A stretch of 36,634 nucleotides of DNA from a virus (taxonomy: Duplodnaviria > Caudoviricetes): IMG/VR virus record IMGVR_UViG_3300037991_005821, positions 1-36,634 of that record. One strand, 5' to 3'. Both the position numbers and the translations under genes were made by a program. Position 1 is the first letter of the stretch. Every line of letters begins with the position of its first letter. A model generated the notes under the pieces. The model ran no database searches, was not told where the DNA came from, and saw only the letters and a program-made list of their open reading frames with translations. Of the stretch, positions 8,337-16,370 are shown one piece after another.

Positions 8337-9650
8337 TTGGTAGATACACAGCTAGAATATAAAGAAAAGTGGTTTGAGTACATGAAGTACAAGCCTCACA
8401 ATGGGCAAAAGAAACTTCATTACCCTACCAAAGATACTGCAAGGTTTTTTGTCATGGTATGTGGAAGAAGGTTTGGTAAAACAACAGCCTCAGCTATGGA
8501 AGCAACTTACTATGCTTCTCAGCCTAATAAAAGAATTTGGCTTGTAGGATTGTCTTATGATAAGGCAGACCTTATGTTTAGAGAAATTTGGAGGCTTATG
8601 GTTATCGGACATTCAAATGATATTATTAGAGCTTCTGAAAAAGATAGGTTTATAAAGTTTAAATGGGGAACTACTGTTGAAGCAAAGTCAGCAGATAATC
8701 CAGATTCGCTTGTAGGAGAAGGATTAGACTTGCTCATAGTAGATGAGGCAGCCAAAGTAAAAAGAAAGATATGGGATATGTATCTTTCACCAACATTATC
8801 AGACAGAAAAGGGAAGGCTATATTTATAACCACACCAGAGGGTTTTAACTGGATATACGATTTATATCTTCTTGGTAAAGAAGATGAGCTCTGGGAATCC
8901 CATCAAGCACCATCTTGGGATAATCATTTTGCCTTCCCTACTGGTAAAAGCGACCAATTTATCCTTGAAAGAAAAAGGAATATGTCTAAAGAGGTGTTTG
9001 ACCAAGAATATGGAGCTAAATTTACTTCTTTTGCAGGTCGTGTCTATCCTTTTGAAAGAGATTTAGATGTAGGAGAGTTTCCTTACAATCCTAACCTACC
9101 TACATATTGCAGTATAGACTTTGGGTATAGGATGCCTGCTGTTGGTTGGTTTCAAATATATAGAGTAGGTGGAATATGGCATATTAATATGATAGACGAA
9201 ATAATACACAAGACAAATATAAAAACTGACGAGCTAGCCTTAAAAATTAAGGCAAAAAGGTATGGTGTCATTAAATATTATGGCGATCCTGCAGGTATGC
9301 AAGCTCAAGGGCAGTCAGGTATGGGAGATATAGAGATTTTTAAAAAGCATGGAATAATAGTTAATACTAAAAGAGATAAAACATCAAGGAACATAGCTTC
9401 TGGTGTTTCACATTTAAGAGGTTTTATAGAAAATGCTGTAGGTCAAAGATTTTTTCATGTTAATAAAAAGTGTGTAGGGATAATGGAAGATTTAGAAAAT
9501 TATCGCTATCCAGAAGTAAAAGAAGGTCAAGACTTAAAACAAGAGCCATTAAAAGATGGCTATCACGATCATGGTTGCGATATGATTCGTTATTTTTTTA
9601 TAAACCAGTTTCCAATAAAACAAAGAGAATTTAAAGTGAGGGCAAGATGA
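8337..9650 (+). CDS. terL: Terminase large subunit
   Basis: Walker A CGRRFGKT, Walker B LLIVDEA, TTP coupling motif, nuclease IDFG and DHGCD. Confidence 0.95.
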   Translation: MVDTQLEYKEKWFEYMKYKPHNGQKKLHYPTKDTARFFVMVCGRRFGKTTASAMEATYYASQPNKRIWLVGLSYDKADLMFREIWRLMVIGHSNDIIRASEKDRFIKFKWGTTVEAKSADNPDSLVGEGLDLLIVDEAAKVKRKIWDMYLSPTLSDRKGKAIFITTPEGFNWIYDLYLLGKEDELWESHQAPSWDNHFAFPTGKSDQFILERKRNMSKEVFDQEYGAKFTSFAGRVYPFERDLDVGEFPYNPNLPTYCSIDFGYRMPAVGWFQIYRVGGIWHINMIDEIIHKTNIKTDELALKIKAKRYGVIKYYGDPAGMQAQGQSGMGDIEIFKKHGIIVNTKRDKTSRNIASGVSHLRGFIENAVGQRFFHVNKKCVGIMEDLENYRYPEVKEGQDLKQEPLKDGYHDHGCDMIRYFFINQFPIKQREFKVRAR

Positions 9651-11008
9651 TACATAGTTCATTTTCAAAAAATCAGACAGTAGATCAAATAATAAAAGAG
9701 TCAGTTAAAGATACAAGACTAAATGTGCAAAAGCAAAGAAGGGAGTGGGTAAGAAAAATGCTTGACTATTATGGTGGTAATTATACTAGTCAGTATATTG
9801 AGGGCTACTTTGATTCAGACTCTTTTAGAGAAATACCAACTTATAATGCTAATTTTACAAGAAGGTTTATAAATAAAATGAGTAGAATCTACACAGTTGG
9901 AGCAGATAGAAATGTAAATCCACAATATGATATTCTAACAAAAAAGAAAAATGCTAGAATGAAACATATTGAGAGAATGACAAGGCTTATGGGAACGATA
10001 GCAACACAAGTTATTTATAAAGAGGTGCATGGTGTTCCTTGCTTTGAATACAGACCAATATATTACTTTGATGTGCATTTAGATGATCCTTTTACACCTT
10101 CTGCTATAATATATCCATTATTAATGCAACCTGAAGATATAAGTTACTCACAAAACTTAGAATATGCTTACTGGGATGACAAATATTACATTCATTATGG
10201 CGAAAATGGAAAGATTATTGAAGAATATGAGCATGGATATGGTGTTTTGCCTTTCGTATTTACACATAGAGAAGAACAAGTTGATGAGTTTTTTGTAGAT
10301 GGAGCTAATGATATAGTTGATTGTAATGAACAAGTTAATATTGCAATGACTGAAATGCAACTAGGATTAAGGTTTCAAATGTTTGGACAACCATTTATGA
10401 CAGGTGTAGATAGTGATAAAAGAATAGAAAGGGCAGGCTCTGACCAAATATTAGACCTACCAGAAGGTGCAACTTATGGAATTGCATCCCCACAAGGCGA
10501 TATAAATGCTGTTATTGAGAATATTAAGTTCCAATTAGACTTAGTTGCACAAAATAATCACTTATATGTCCAATTTGCACAAGATGGAGGCGAAACTCCT
10601 AGTGGAATTGCACTAAAAATCAAAGATTTAGAGAGATTTGAGGATTATCAAGACGATATTGAGCTTTGGAGAATGTATGAACACGATTTTTATCATGTTG
10701 AAAAGCATATTGCTGAATATAATGGTATAAAACTACCAGAACAGCTAAGATTAGACTTTAATGAGCCAGAATATCCAAAAACAGTTCAAGATCAGATACT
10801 TTTAGACGAACATAGGATAAAACATCATATGATTAACGAAATAGACCTGCTTATTGAGTATAATCAAGACTTATCTGTAGAAGAAGCTAAAGAAATAGTA
10901 GAAAATAACAGAAAAGCTATGGAAGATCCTCATTTAATGGCTATGAAAGGTGAAAAAGTAGAAAATGTAGAAGAAAATCAAGACTCTGAAGAAGAATATG
11001 AAGTTTAA
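9647..11008 (+). CDS. Portal protein (SPP1-like)
   Basis: 453 aa directly after TerL; DYYGG, HGYGVLPFV and PSGIALK motifs. Confidence 0.85.
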   Translation: MIHSSFSKNQTVDQIIKESVKDTRLNVQKQRREWVRKMLDYYGGNYTSQYIEGYFDSDSFREIPTYNANFTRRFINKMSRIYTVGADRNVNPQYDILTKKKNARMKHIERMTRLMGTIATQVIYKEVHGVPCFEYRPIYYFDVHLDDPFTPSAIIYPLLMQPEDISYSQNLEYAYWDDKYYIHYGENGKIIEEYEHGYGVLPFVFTHREEQVDEFFVDGANDIVDCNEQVNIAMTEMQLGLRFQMFGQPFMTGVDSDKRIERAGSDQILDLPEGATYGIASPQGDINAVIENIKFQLDLVAQNNHLYVQFAQDGGETPSGIALKIKDLERFEDYQDDIELWRMYEHDFYHVEKHIAEYNGIKLPEQLRLDFNEPEYPKTVQDQILLDEHRIKHHMINEIDLLIEYNQDLSVEEAKEIVENNRKAMEDPHLMAMKGEKVENVEENQDSEEEYEV

Positions 11009-11438
11009 GACTACATATAGCTTTGAAAAATTAAAAAAAAGCCTAGATTTAGTTATTGAAAATGCTTTAAAAGAATCTGGAGATAAATATAAAACATCTA
11101 TGGAGAAAATATTAGATGATGGTAAAAGATTAGAGCCATTATCTCAAATAAGAATAGATAATAGAAAGGCAGGTTATGGTTGGATGGGAAAGCCTGTTCC
11201 TCCAACTGCAGATACAAGACCTTTAATACAAACTGGCAAGCTAAGAAATAGTATGAGAGTTTCAAAAGAAGGTGTTTATATGGAAGATTATGGTATTGAA
11301 CACGACAGAGCTACTTTTAAAGATTCAAAAATTCAAGTTGATGAAAGACCATTTATAAGAATGTCATTAGATGAAACTAAATTGACTGATGTTGCTAAAA
11401 AATATTACAATAAACTAAAAAAGGCATTTAAAAAATGA
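10998..11438 (+). CDS. Virion morphogenesis protein (Mu gpG / HK97 gp10-like)
   Basis: PLIQTGKLRNS and RPFI motifs. Confidence 0.65.
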   Translation: MKFKTTYSFEKLKKSLDLVIENALKESGDKYKTSMEKILDDGKRLEPLSQIRIDNRKAGYGWMGKPVPPTADTRPLIQTGKLRNSMRVSKEGVYMEDYGIEHDRATFKDSKIQVDERPFIRMSLDETKLTDVAKKYYNKLKKAFKK

Positions 11439-11626
11439 GCGATAAAAAATTTTATGAACTTATAATTGGGCTTTTAAAGTCTATAGACGAAAATACTAGG
11501 ATTTATAAAGAAGATGATACTGTTTATATCGAAAGTGATGAAAATATAGCTATGACTAGGGAAGTTTATGAGCAAATATGCGAAGAATTAGGAGAAAATG
11601 ACCTAACTTTTATGGGAATTAGCTAA
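11435..11626 (+). CDS. Small acidic hypothetical protein (63 aa)
   Basis: ATGA overlap with the upstream gene. Confidence 0.6.
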   Translation: MSDKKFYELIIGLLKSIDENTRIYKEDDTVYIESDENIAMTREVYEQICEELGENDLTFMGIS

Positions 11627-11768
11627 TTTCTATATAACTATCTACTTTTCTGCACCATCTTTCTATTTTACTAGCCTCAACCATAGAATCTCCATTTAAA
11701 TCAGCAAATATTTCTCTAGCCTCTACTAAAAACTCATAACATTTCTCTATATCTTTAATTTTTTTCAT
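11619..11768 (-). CDS. Small hypothetical protein (49 aa; not in ORF track)
   Basis: MKKIKDIEKCYEFLVEAREIF...; overlaps the end of the TerS-like gene and converges with 11435-11626. Confidence 0.55.
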   Translation of the reverse strand: MKKIKDIEKCYEFLVEAREIFADLNGDSMVEASKIERWCRKVDSYIEIS

Positions 11769-12414
11769 TTTCTGCCTCTACTATGCTTTGTTCCCACTCT
11801 TTTCTTTGTGCAGGAGTAGGTCGTCTGCCTTTAAGGGGCTTAATTCCAACCTTTTCTGCTCTCAACCTCCACTCTCTCCACAATTTCTGCTTTTGATTAT
11901 AAGCAGCCTTTCTTTCTTCATCTTTAATAGCTTTTCTATTACGAATATTCTCTTTCTTAGTTCTTTCTATCTGATTCTCTACAACTCTTTCAGGTAAATC
12001 ACTAAAGTCATCATCAACACTTTCAGCAACATCTATTATATCTTCATCTTCTACCACCTCAGCATTTTCCATACCTTTCAAGAACTTTTCAAAAGGACTG
12101 TCTATAGTAACATTTATATTCTTCACTAGCTTACCACTATGCTCCAATACCAACCTTCCTGCTTGCACATTTCCTGCTTGAGCTTCCCTTACCATAGCAT
12201 TTAAAACACTTGGTAACTGCGAACCAAACTCAACCATATACCTATCATAAATAGCATCTATGAAGTTAGGATCTTCTCGCCATTGCAACACAGACTTCTT
12301 AGTAACACCCAACTTGTCAGCAACCTGTTGCACAGTTATTTGAGGGTTAAATGCAAATAAGTCTATAGCTAGTATTTTTGAGGGTTTTTTCTTCTTCTTT
12401 ATAATATCTGTCAT
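11755..12414 (-). CDS. Terminase small subunit-like HTH protein (phBC6A51-like)
   Basis: N-terminal HTH TVQQVADKLGVTKKSVLQWREDPNF followed by the AQAGNVQAGRLVLE helix typical of TerS. Confidence 0.65.
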   Translation of the reverse strand: MTDIIKKKKKPSKILAIDLFAFNPQITVQQVADKLGVTKKSVLQWREDPNFIDAIYDRYMVEFGSQLPSVLNAMVREAQAGNVQAGRLVLEHSGKLVKNINVTIDSPFEKFLKGMENAEVVEDEDIIDVAESVDDDFSDLPERVVENQIERTKKENIRNRKAIKDEERKAAYNQKQKLWREWRLRAEKVGIKPLKGRRPTPAQRKEWEQSIVEAENEKN

Positions 12415-12457
12415 ATTTTATATAATATCGCCTTAAAACTATCAAATATCGCATTAC

Positions 12458-12486
12458 AATATAATACTATTTAAAGTTATTGTCAA
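12458..12486 (-). promoter_or_regulatory. Sigma70-type promoter for the TerS-like gene
   Basis: Perfect TTGACA (complement of 12481-86), 17-nt spacer, TATATT. Confidence 0.7.
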
Positions 12487-12588
12487 AGTTCTTATGAATT
12501 TTTCATTTGAAAGTTAATTTTCAATTTTTGTGTGGAATGTGAACCGAGAACTAATTAGAATCCTTATCCGCTTAGTCTCTGCCCTAAA

Positions 12589-12696
12589 TGAGAATGAGTC
12601 TCAGTTTCAAAATAAAAATAATTTAAAATATTTCTTGCTTTTTTAAAATATTCTTTTTGAGATTGAGTCTCAAGATCTAAATGAGACTGAGTCTCA
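12589..12696. promoter_or_regulatory. Three 15-bp pseudo-palindromes TGAGAnTGAGTCTCA (Fur-box-like or terminase-binding sites)
   Basis: 12589-12603 TGAGAATGAGTCTCA, 12658-12672 TGAGATTGAGTCTCA, 12682-12696 TGAGACTGAGTCTCA. Confidence 0.85.
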
Positions 12697-12909
12697 ATTA
12701 GAAAATAGATTGAATTAAATTAAAATATTACTTGCTTTTTAAATAAATTAAAATCAATCAAATTAGGCTGGATTTTTAAAAGTTAAATAAATTTAGGTAT
12801 GGTATAGAACACCCATTAAACAACCATATTTTAAACAAATAAACACTAAAAGAAGATTAAAAATTTTACCTTAAAAATAAACAAATAAACAAATTAAATA
12901 TTAGAATTA

Positions 12910-12940
12910 GATATCAAATAAATTTATTGATTTTGATATC
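12910..12940. repeat. Inverted repeat GATATCAAA-13nt-TTTGATATC
   Basis: Perfect 9-bp arms upstream of the cassette promoter. Confidence 0.6.
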
Positions 12941-13016
12941 ATTTTAACCCAAATAACACAAAATATTAAATATCATATCAATTTAAAAATAAAATAAAAA
13001 TAAAAATTTTTTTTTC

Positions 13017-13045
13017 TTGCATATCAATTACAATCTTTGTAAACT
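13017..13045 (+). promoter_or_regulatory. Strong sigma70-type early promoter with UP element
   Basis: TTGCAT-17-TAAACT preceded by A/T tracts, followed by a GAGG SD and the first cassette gene. Confidence 0.7.
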
Positions 13046-13075
13046 ATATCAATAAATAAACGAGGGTTAAAAATA

Positions 13076-13165
13076 ATGATAGAATATATATACATATTAT
13101 TATGGATAATTACATTTTTAAATTTAGGTTTTTTAATATGGACTTTAAACAAAGGAGTGAAATAA
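13076..13165 (+). CDS. 29-aa single-TM peptide (not in ORF track)
   Basis: MIEYIYILLWIITFLNLGFLIWTLNKGVK; GAGG SD; stop one base before the next ATG. Confidence 0.65.
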   Translation: MIEYIYILLWIITFLNLGFLIWTLNKGVK

Positions 13166-13166
13166 G

Positions 13167-13376
13167 ATGAATAATGAAATAAAAAATAAAATTATAACAA
13201 ATATTTATAATGATTTTAAATTAAATTTTGATGATATGTGTAATAACTACGACCAAAACCAAATATTTTATAATGAAATAAATAAATTTTATGACATATC
13301 AAAATTGACACAGAAAGATTTTGATATTATTAATGAATGTTTTGAAGCATATATAATTAAATATACATTAAAATAA
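13167..13376 (+). CDS. AT-rich cassette hypothetical protein (69 aa)
   Basis: AAGGAG SD; first codons ATGAATAATGAAATAA are shared with the 14345 gene. Confidence 0.75.
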   Translation: MNNEIKNKIITNIYNDFKLNFDDMCNNYDQNQIFYNEINKFYDISKLTQKDFDIINECFEAYIIKYTLK

Positions 13377-13391
13377 GGGGTAAAATAAAAA

Positions 13392-13550
13392 ATGAATAAA
13401 ACAATTAAGAGAGTTGAAATGCTAGATAAGGAACAATTAGAAACTATAATAATTAAACTTATTAAAGCACAAAGAACAAGAAATAAAACTATTAACCTAA
13501 TTAATGAAGAATTTAACAATTCATTAGGTGAAGCAACACTTAAAATATAA
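13392..13550 (+). CDS. AT-rich cassette hypothetical protein (52 aa; not in ORF track)
   Basis: MNKTIKRVEMLDKEQLETIIIKL...; preceded by a variant repeat TAAAATAAGGGGTAAAATAAAAAATG. Confidence 0.7.
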   Translation: MNKTIKRVEMLDKEQLETIIIKLIKAQRTRNKTINLINEEFNNSLGEATLKI

Positions 13551-13568
13551 AATAAGGAATAAAATAAA

Positions 13569-14315
13569 ATGAAATTATTAAGTAAACCTACAACAAATTA
13601 TAAAGCAAATAAAAATATAAAACTCGGATATCATACCTATTTTTTAAGTTTGGCTCATAGTGATATAAGTGGATATAATGTTTGCCCCATGGCTAACAAA
13701 TTAAAAGCTAAAGAAAATAATAAAAATAAATCAAGTTGTAGCTCTGTGTGTGTAGGTTATAATGGGTATGCTGGGATTTATAAATCTATTATGGAAGCAA
13801 GAGTAAGAAAAACTAAATTATTTTTTGAAAATAGAGATTTATTTTTTGAATATTTAATAAAAGATATTCAAAGTGCTATTAAATCAAGTACAAAAAAAGG
13901 TTTAATACCTACTTTTAGATTAAATAGTTATAGCGATATAAAATATGAAAATATAAAAGTAAATTATAATAATAAAGTATATAATAATATATTTGAGATA
14001 TTTCCAGATATAAAATTCTATGATTATAGTAAAATAGCTAATAGGATAACACCTAAAAATTATGAATTAACTTATTCTTATTATGGTAATAAAAAAGCAT
14101 TAAATAATGAAATAACAAATAAAAATGTTGCTATTGTTTTTGATCTTTTACCTAAAAAATATAAAAATAAAATTGTTATTGATGGAGATAAAACCGATTT
14201 AAGGCTTAAAGATAATGATGGTAAAAATGTTATTGTAGGTTTGAAATTTAAAGGTAGCAAAAAAGCATTAAAAGATGGAATTAATGAAGGTTTTGTAATT
14301 CCTGCAGGTATTTAA
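13569..14315 (+). CDS. GP88-family Cys-rich (putative Fe-S) protein
   Basis: SGYNVCPMA...CSSVC, ARVRKTKLFF, FRLNSYSDI, FYDYSK, NVAIVF, IDGDKTDLR and VGLKFKG motif series. Confidence 0.75.
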   Translation: MKLLSKPTTNYKANKNIKLGYHTYFLSLAHSDISGYNVCPMANKLKAKENNKNKSSCSSVCVGYNGYAGIYKSIMEARVRKTKLFFENRDLFFEYLIKDIQSAIKSSTKKGLIPTFRLNSYSDIKYENIKVNYNNKVYNNIFEIFPDIKFYDYSKIANRITPKNYELTYSYYGNKKALNNEITNKNVAIVFDLLPKKYKNKIVIDGDKTDLRLKDNDGKNVIVGLKFKGSKKALKDGINEGFVIPAGI

Positions 14316-14344
14316 ATTTTTAATAAAATAAGGAATAAAATAAA

Positions 14345-14719
14345 ATGAATAATGAAATAAGAGAACTTAACAAAAATATAATTAATGATACTACAAAATA
14401 TTACAATTTTGCAGATATTAGTTATGGAAATGATTTATGTGATTCTATAGGTTTTGAACTTGTTAAGGAATGGAGATTATATTTTCAAATATTTTTAACA
14501 AATTCTAAAAATAATAATTATGATAATGAAGAATTTAATACCTATCAAATTCTTTTAATTGATTATTATGGTAATGATTTAATAGAATATTGCGAATTTT
14601 TTAAAGAAGCTAATAGTTATAAAGATGAGGAATTACAATTTGATAATATAGAAGATGCGATAAGTTTTGTACTAAGTAATAAAGATATAAATAATTATAA
14701 TAAATTTTTAATAAAATAA
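14345..14719 (+). CDS. AT-rich cassette hypothetical protein (124 aa)
   Basis: Bounded by repeats on both sides. Confidence 0.8.
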   Translation: MNNEIRELNKNIINDTTKYYNFADISYGNDLCDSIGFELVKEWRLYFQIFLTNSKNNNYDNEEFNTYQILLIDYYGNDLIEYCEFFKEANSYKDEELQFDNIEDAISFVLSNKDINNYNKFLIK

Positions 14720-14732
14720 GGAATAAAATAAA

Positions 14733-15110
14733 ATGAATAAAAATATGTTTAAAAATGAATTAAATAAAAAATGTTTATTTGAAGATAAATTTTTAATTGA
14801 TGAAGTTAATGATAATGATATTAATATAAATAAATTATATAATGAATTTATAAAATTTAGAAGTTCACTTGAAATTATGACATCTAAGGAATATGGTAAA
14901 AAATATTCAAGATTTGAATTTGTTCAAGATATTAAAGAATTTACTTTATATAATTATAATGGATGTTTTATTGAATATAATAAAAATCCTAGAAAATTTT
15001 ATGTACCATTATATAATAGTGGATTTGAAGGTATTTTATCAGATTGTGAAATATATTTATTTATACATTTTTATATATATGAATGTATTGGATTAGATAA
15101 TTTAAAATAA
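14733..15110 (+). CDS. AT-rich cassette hypothetical protein (125 aa)
   Basis: Bounded by repeats on both sides. Confidence 0.8.
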   Translation: MNKNMFKNELNKKCLFEDKFLIDEVNDNDININKLYNEFIKFRSSLEIMTSKEYGKKYSRFEFVQDIKEFTLYNYNGCFIEYNKNPRKFYVPLYNSGFEGILSDCEIYLFIHFYIYECIGLDNLK

Positions 15111-15133
15111 AATAAAATAAGGAATAAAATAAA

Positions 15134-15412
15134 ATGAATAATAATAGTTATAGGTATAACCATTCTTTAAATGATATTAATTACAGGTATATAGTACAAA
15201 TTAAAAAAGATAATAATATTATAAATAAATCAGTTAAAATAGATTATTTAAAATTAGTTGATTTATTAGAATTAAAAAAAGATGATTTAAACATTGATTA
15301 TAAAGAAGGTAATACAAGACAATTAATGTTATTACAAAATTTATTATTAAAAACTAAAGCATTAAATATTATAAAATGCAATGTTTATATAAATGATGAT
15401 ATAATATTATAA
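15134..15412 (+). CDS. AT-rich cassette hypothetical protein (92 aa)
   Basis: Starts within the fourth repeat. Confidence 0.75.
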   Translation: MNNNSYRYNHSLNDINYRYIVQIKKDNNIINKSVKIDYLKLVDLLELKKDDLNIDYKEGNTRQLMLLQNLLLKTKALNIIKCNVYINDDIIL

Positions 15413-15564
15413 TGATTCCAGATCAAGATTTTTTAAGTAGAATTTTAGAATTTAAACTATTATTTAATATAAGTTGTTATATCTGGATAATTATATTACT
15501 GATATTATATTTTATAATAGATAATTTAATTGATGTTATAATAATAAAAATGGAGAGAAAATGA
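15412..15564 (+). CDS. 50-aa single-TM peptide (not in ORF track)
   Basis: MIPDQDFLSRILEFKLLFNISCYIWIIILLILYFII...; TAATG coupling. Confidence 0.55.
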   Translation: MIPDQDFLSRILEFKLLFNISCYIWIIILLILYFIIDNLIDVIIIKMERK

Positions 15565-15713
15565 AAAATAAAAAGTTACAAGAAGAATTAATATATGCTA
15601 TAAAAAATTGTTATTCTAGTGATGTATTGATTGATTTATATGATTTAATTGTAGATTTTGATACTAATTCAAAAACAAGTAGTTTAAAAGAATTTATAAA
15701 AAATTATAAATGA
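15561..15713 (+). CDS. 50-aa hypothetical protein (not in ORF track)
   Basis: GGAG SD, ATGA overlap; MKNKKLQEELIYAIKNC... Confidence 0.65.
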   Translation: MKNKKLQEELIYAIKNCYSSDVLIDLYDLIVDFDTNSKTSSLKEFIKNYK

Positions 15714-15738
15714 TTAATTATATATTATTATATATATT

Positions 15739-16011
15739 CTATTATATCCTTTATATCCAGAATAGCAGTATCCTTCCCCCTGATAATAATCAAGAAGTTA
15801 GATCTGCTATTATATCCTTCATAGAGCCATTTAATAGCAATTATAACCAGTATCAGTTATAATATGGACAGCCATTCTACAATAATATACTATCGCCTGA
15901 GAAAGTATTCTGTCTGTTTATCTACTTTGAGCCATGTACTCAGATCCCCCTTTTTGTGTGGCTCTTTTATAAATCCCTGTACCAAAAAGTATTTAACCAA
16001 AAAATACAGGG
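15739..16011 (-). ncRNA. Candidate structured non-coding RNA (or origin-like element)
   Basis: Four consecutive inverted repeats, a 13-bp direct repeat, seven minus-strand GGA motifs; lies just downstream of a minus-strand promoter. Confidence 0.45.
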
Positions 16012-16015
16012 CTAT

Positions 16016-16044
16016 ATTATACACATTATATTTGAATTATGCAA
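16016..16044 (-). promoter_or_regulatory. Sigma70-type promoter facing the non-coding hairpin region
   Basis: TTGCAT (complement of 16039-44), 17-nt spacer, perfect TATAAT (complement of 16016-21). Confidence 0.65.
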
Positions 16045-16142
16045 ATTTATATTATATTTACAAGAAAATAAAAAAAAGTTTTGAATAATGAAAATTATTA
16101 TTTATATTTTAGTATTAGATTTTAATTACATAGGAGAAAGTC

Positions 16143-16370
16143 GTGAATAACATAAAAGAAGTTATATTAAAGTCAGGATTAAGAGCCAATCATATTGCAG
16201 AGCAAGTTGGAGTATCTAAAACTGATATATCTAATTATATTGCAGAAAATAGAACACCAAATCATGAAAGATTATTAAAAATGTGTAAAGTTTTAGGTTG
16301 CACCATTAATGATTTATACCCAAATGCAAAGAGAGTTGTAACTTATGACTTGGGAGTTGGAAATGAGTAA
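16143..16370 (+). CDS. XRE/Cro-family HTH regulator
   Basis: IAEQVGVSKTDISNY...RTP...KMCKVLGCTINDLY; AGGAG SD with GTG start. Confidence 0.9.
   Translation: MNNIKEVILKSGLRANHIAEQVGVSKTDISNYIAENRTPNHERLLKMCKVLGCTINDLYPNAKRVVTYDLGVGNE

Larger units (their letters stand above)
13548..15136 (+). repeat. Four identical 24-bp start-associated repeats TAAAATAAGGAATAAAATAAAATG
   Basis: 13548-13571, 14324-14347, 14712-14735, 15113-15136; extended to 40 identical bp at 14313-14352 and 14701-14740. Confidence 0.95.

Noticed and set aside
12589-15136. CRISPR array formed by the 15-bp or 24-bp repeats
   Set aside because: Spacing is irregular (9 and 54 bp) or gene-length; the repeats contain SD and start codons; no cas genes
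13548-15136. Integron attC cassette array
   Set aside because: No GTTRRRY/RYYYAAC cores, no palindromic attC structure and no tyrosine recombinase
12525-15961. 11-bp direct repeat TTTTTGTGTGG (12525-35 and 15951-61) as att sites or target duplication around the AT-rich island
   Set aside because: Short, could be chance, no recombinase, and the right copy is part of a hairpin
15864-16088. 74-aa plus-strand ORF
   Set aside because: No SD, atypical composition, and it overlaps hairpins and divergent promoters
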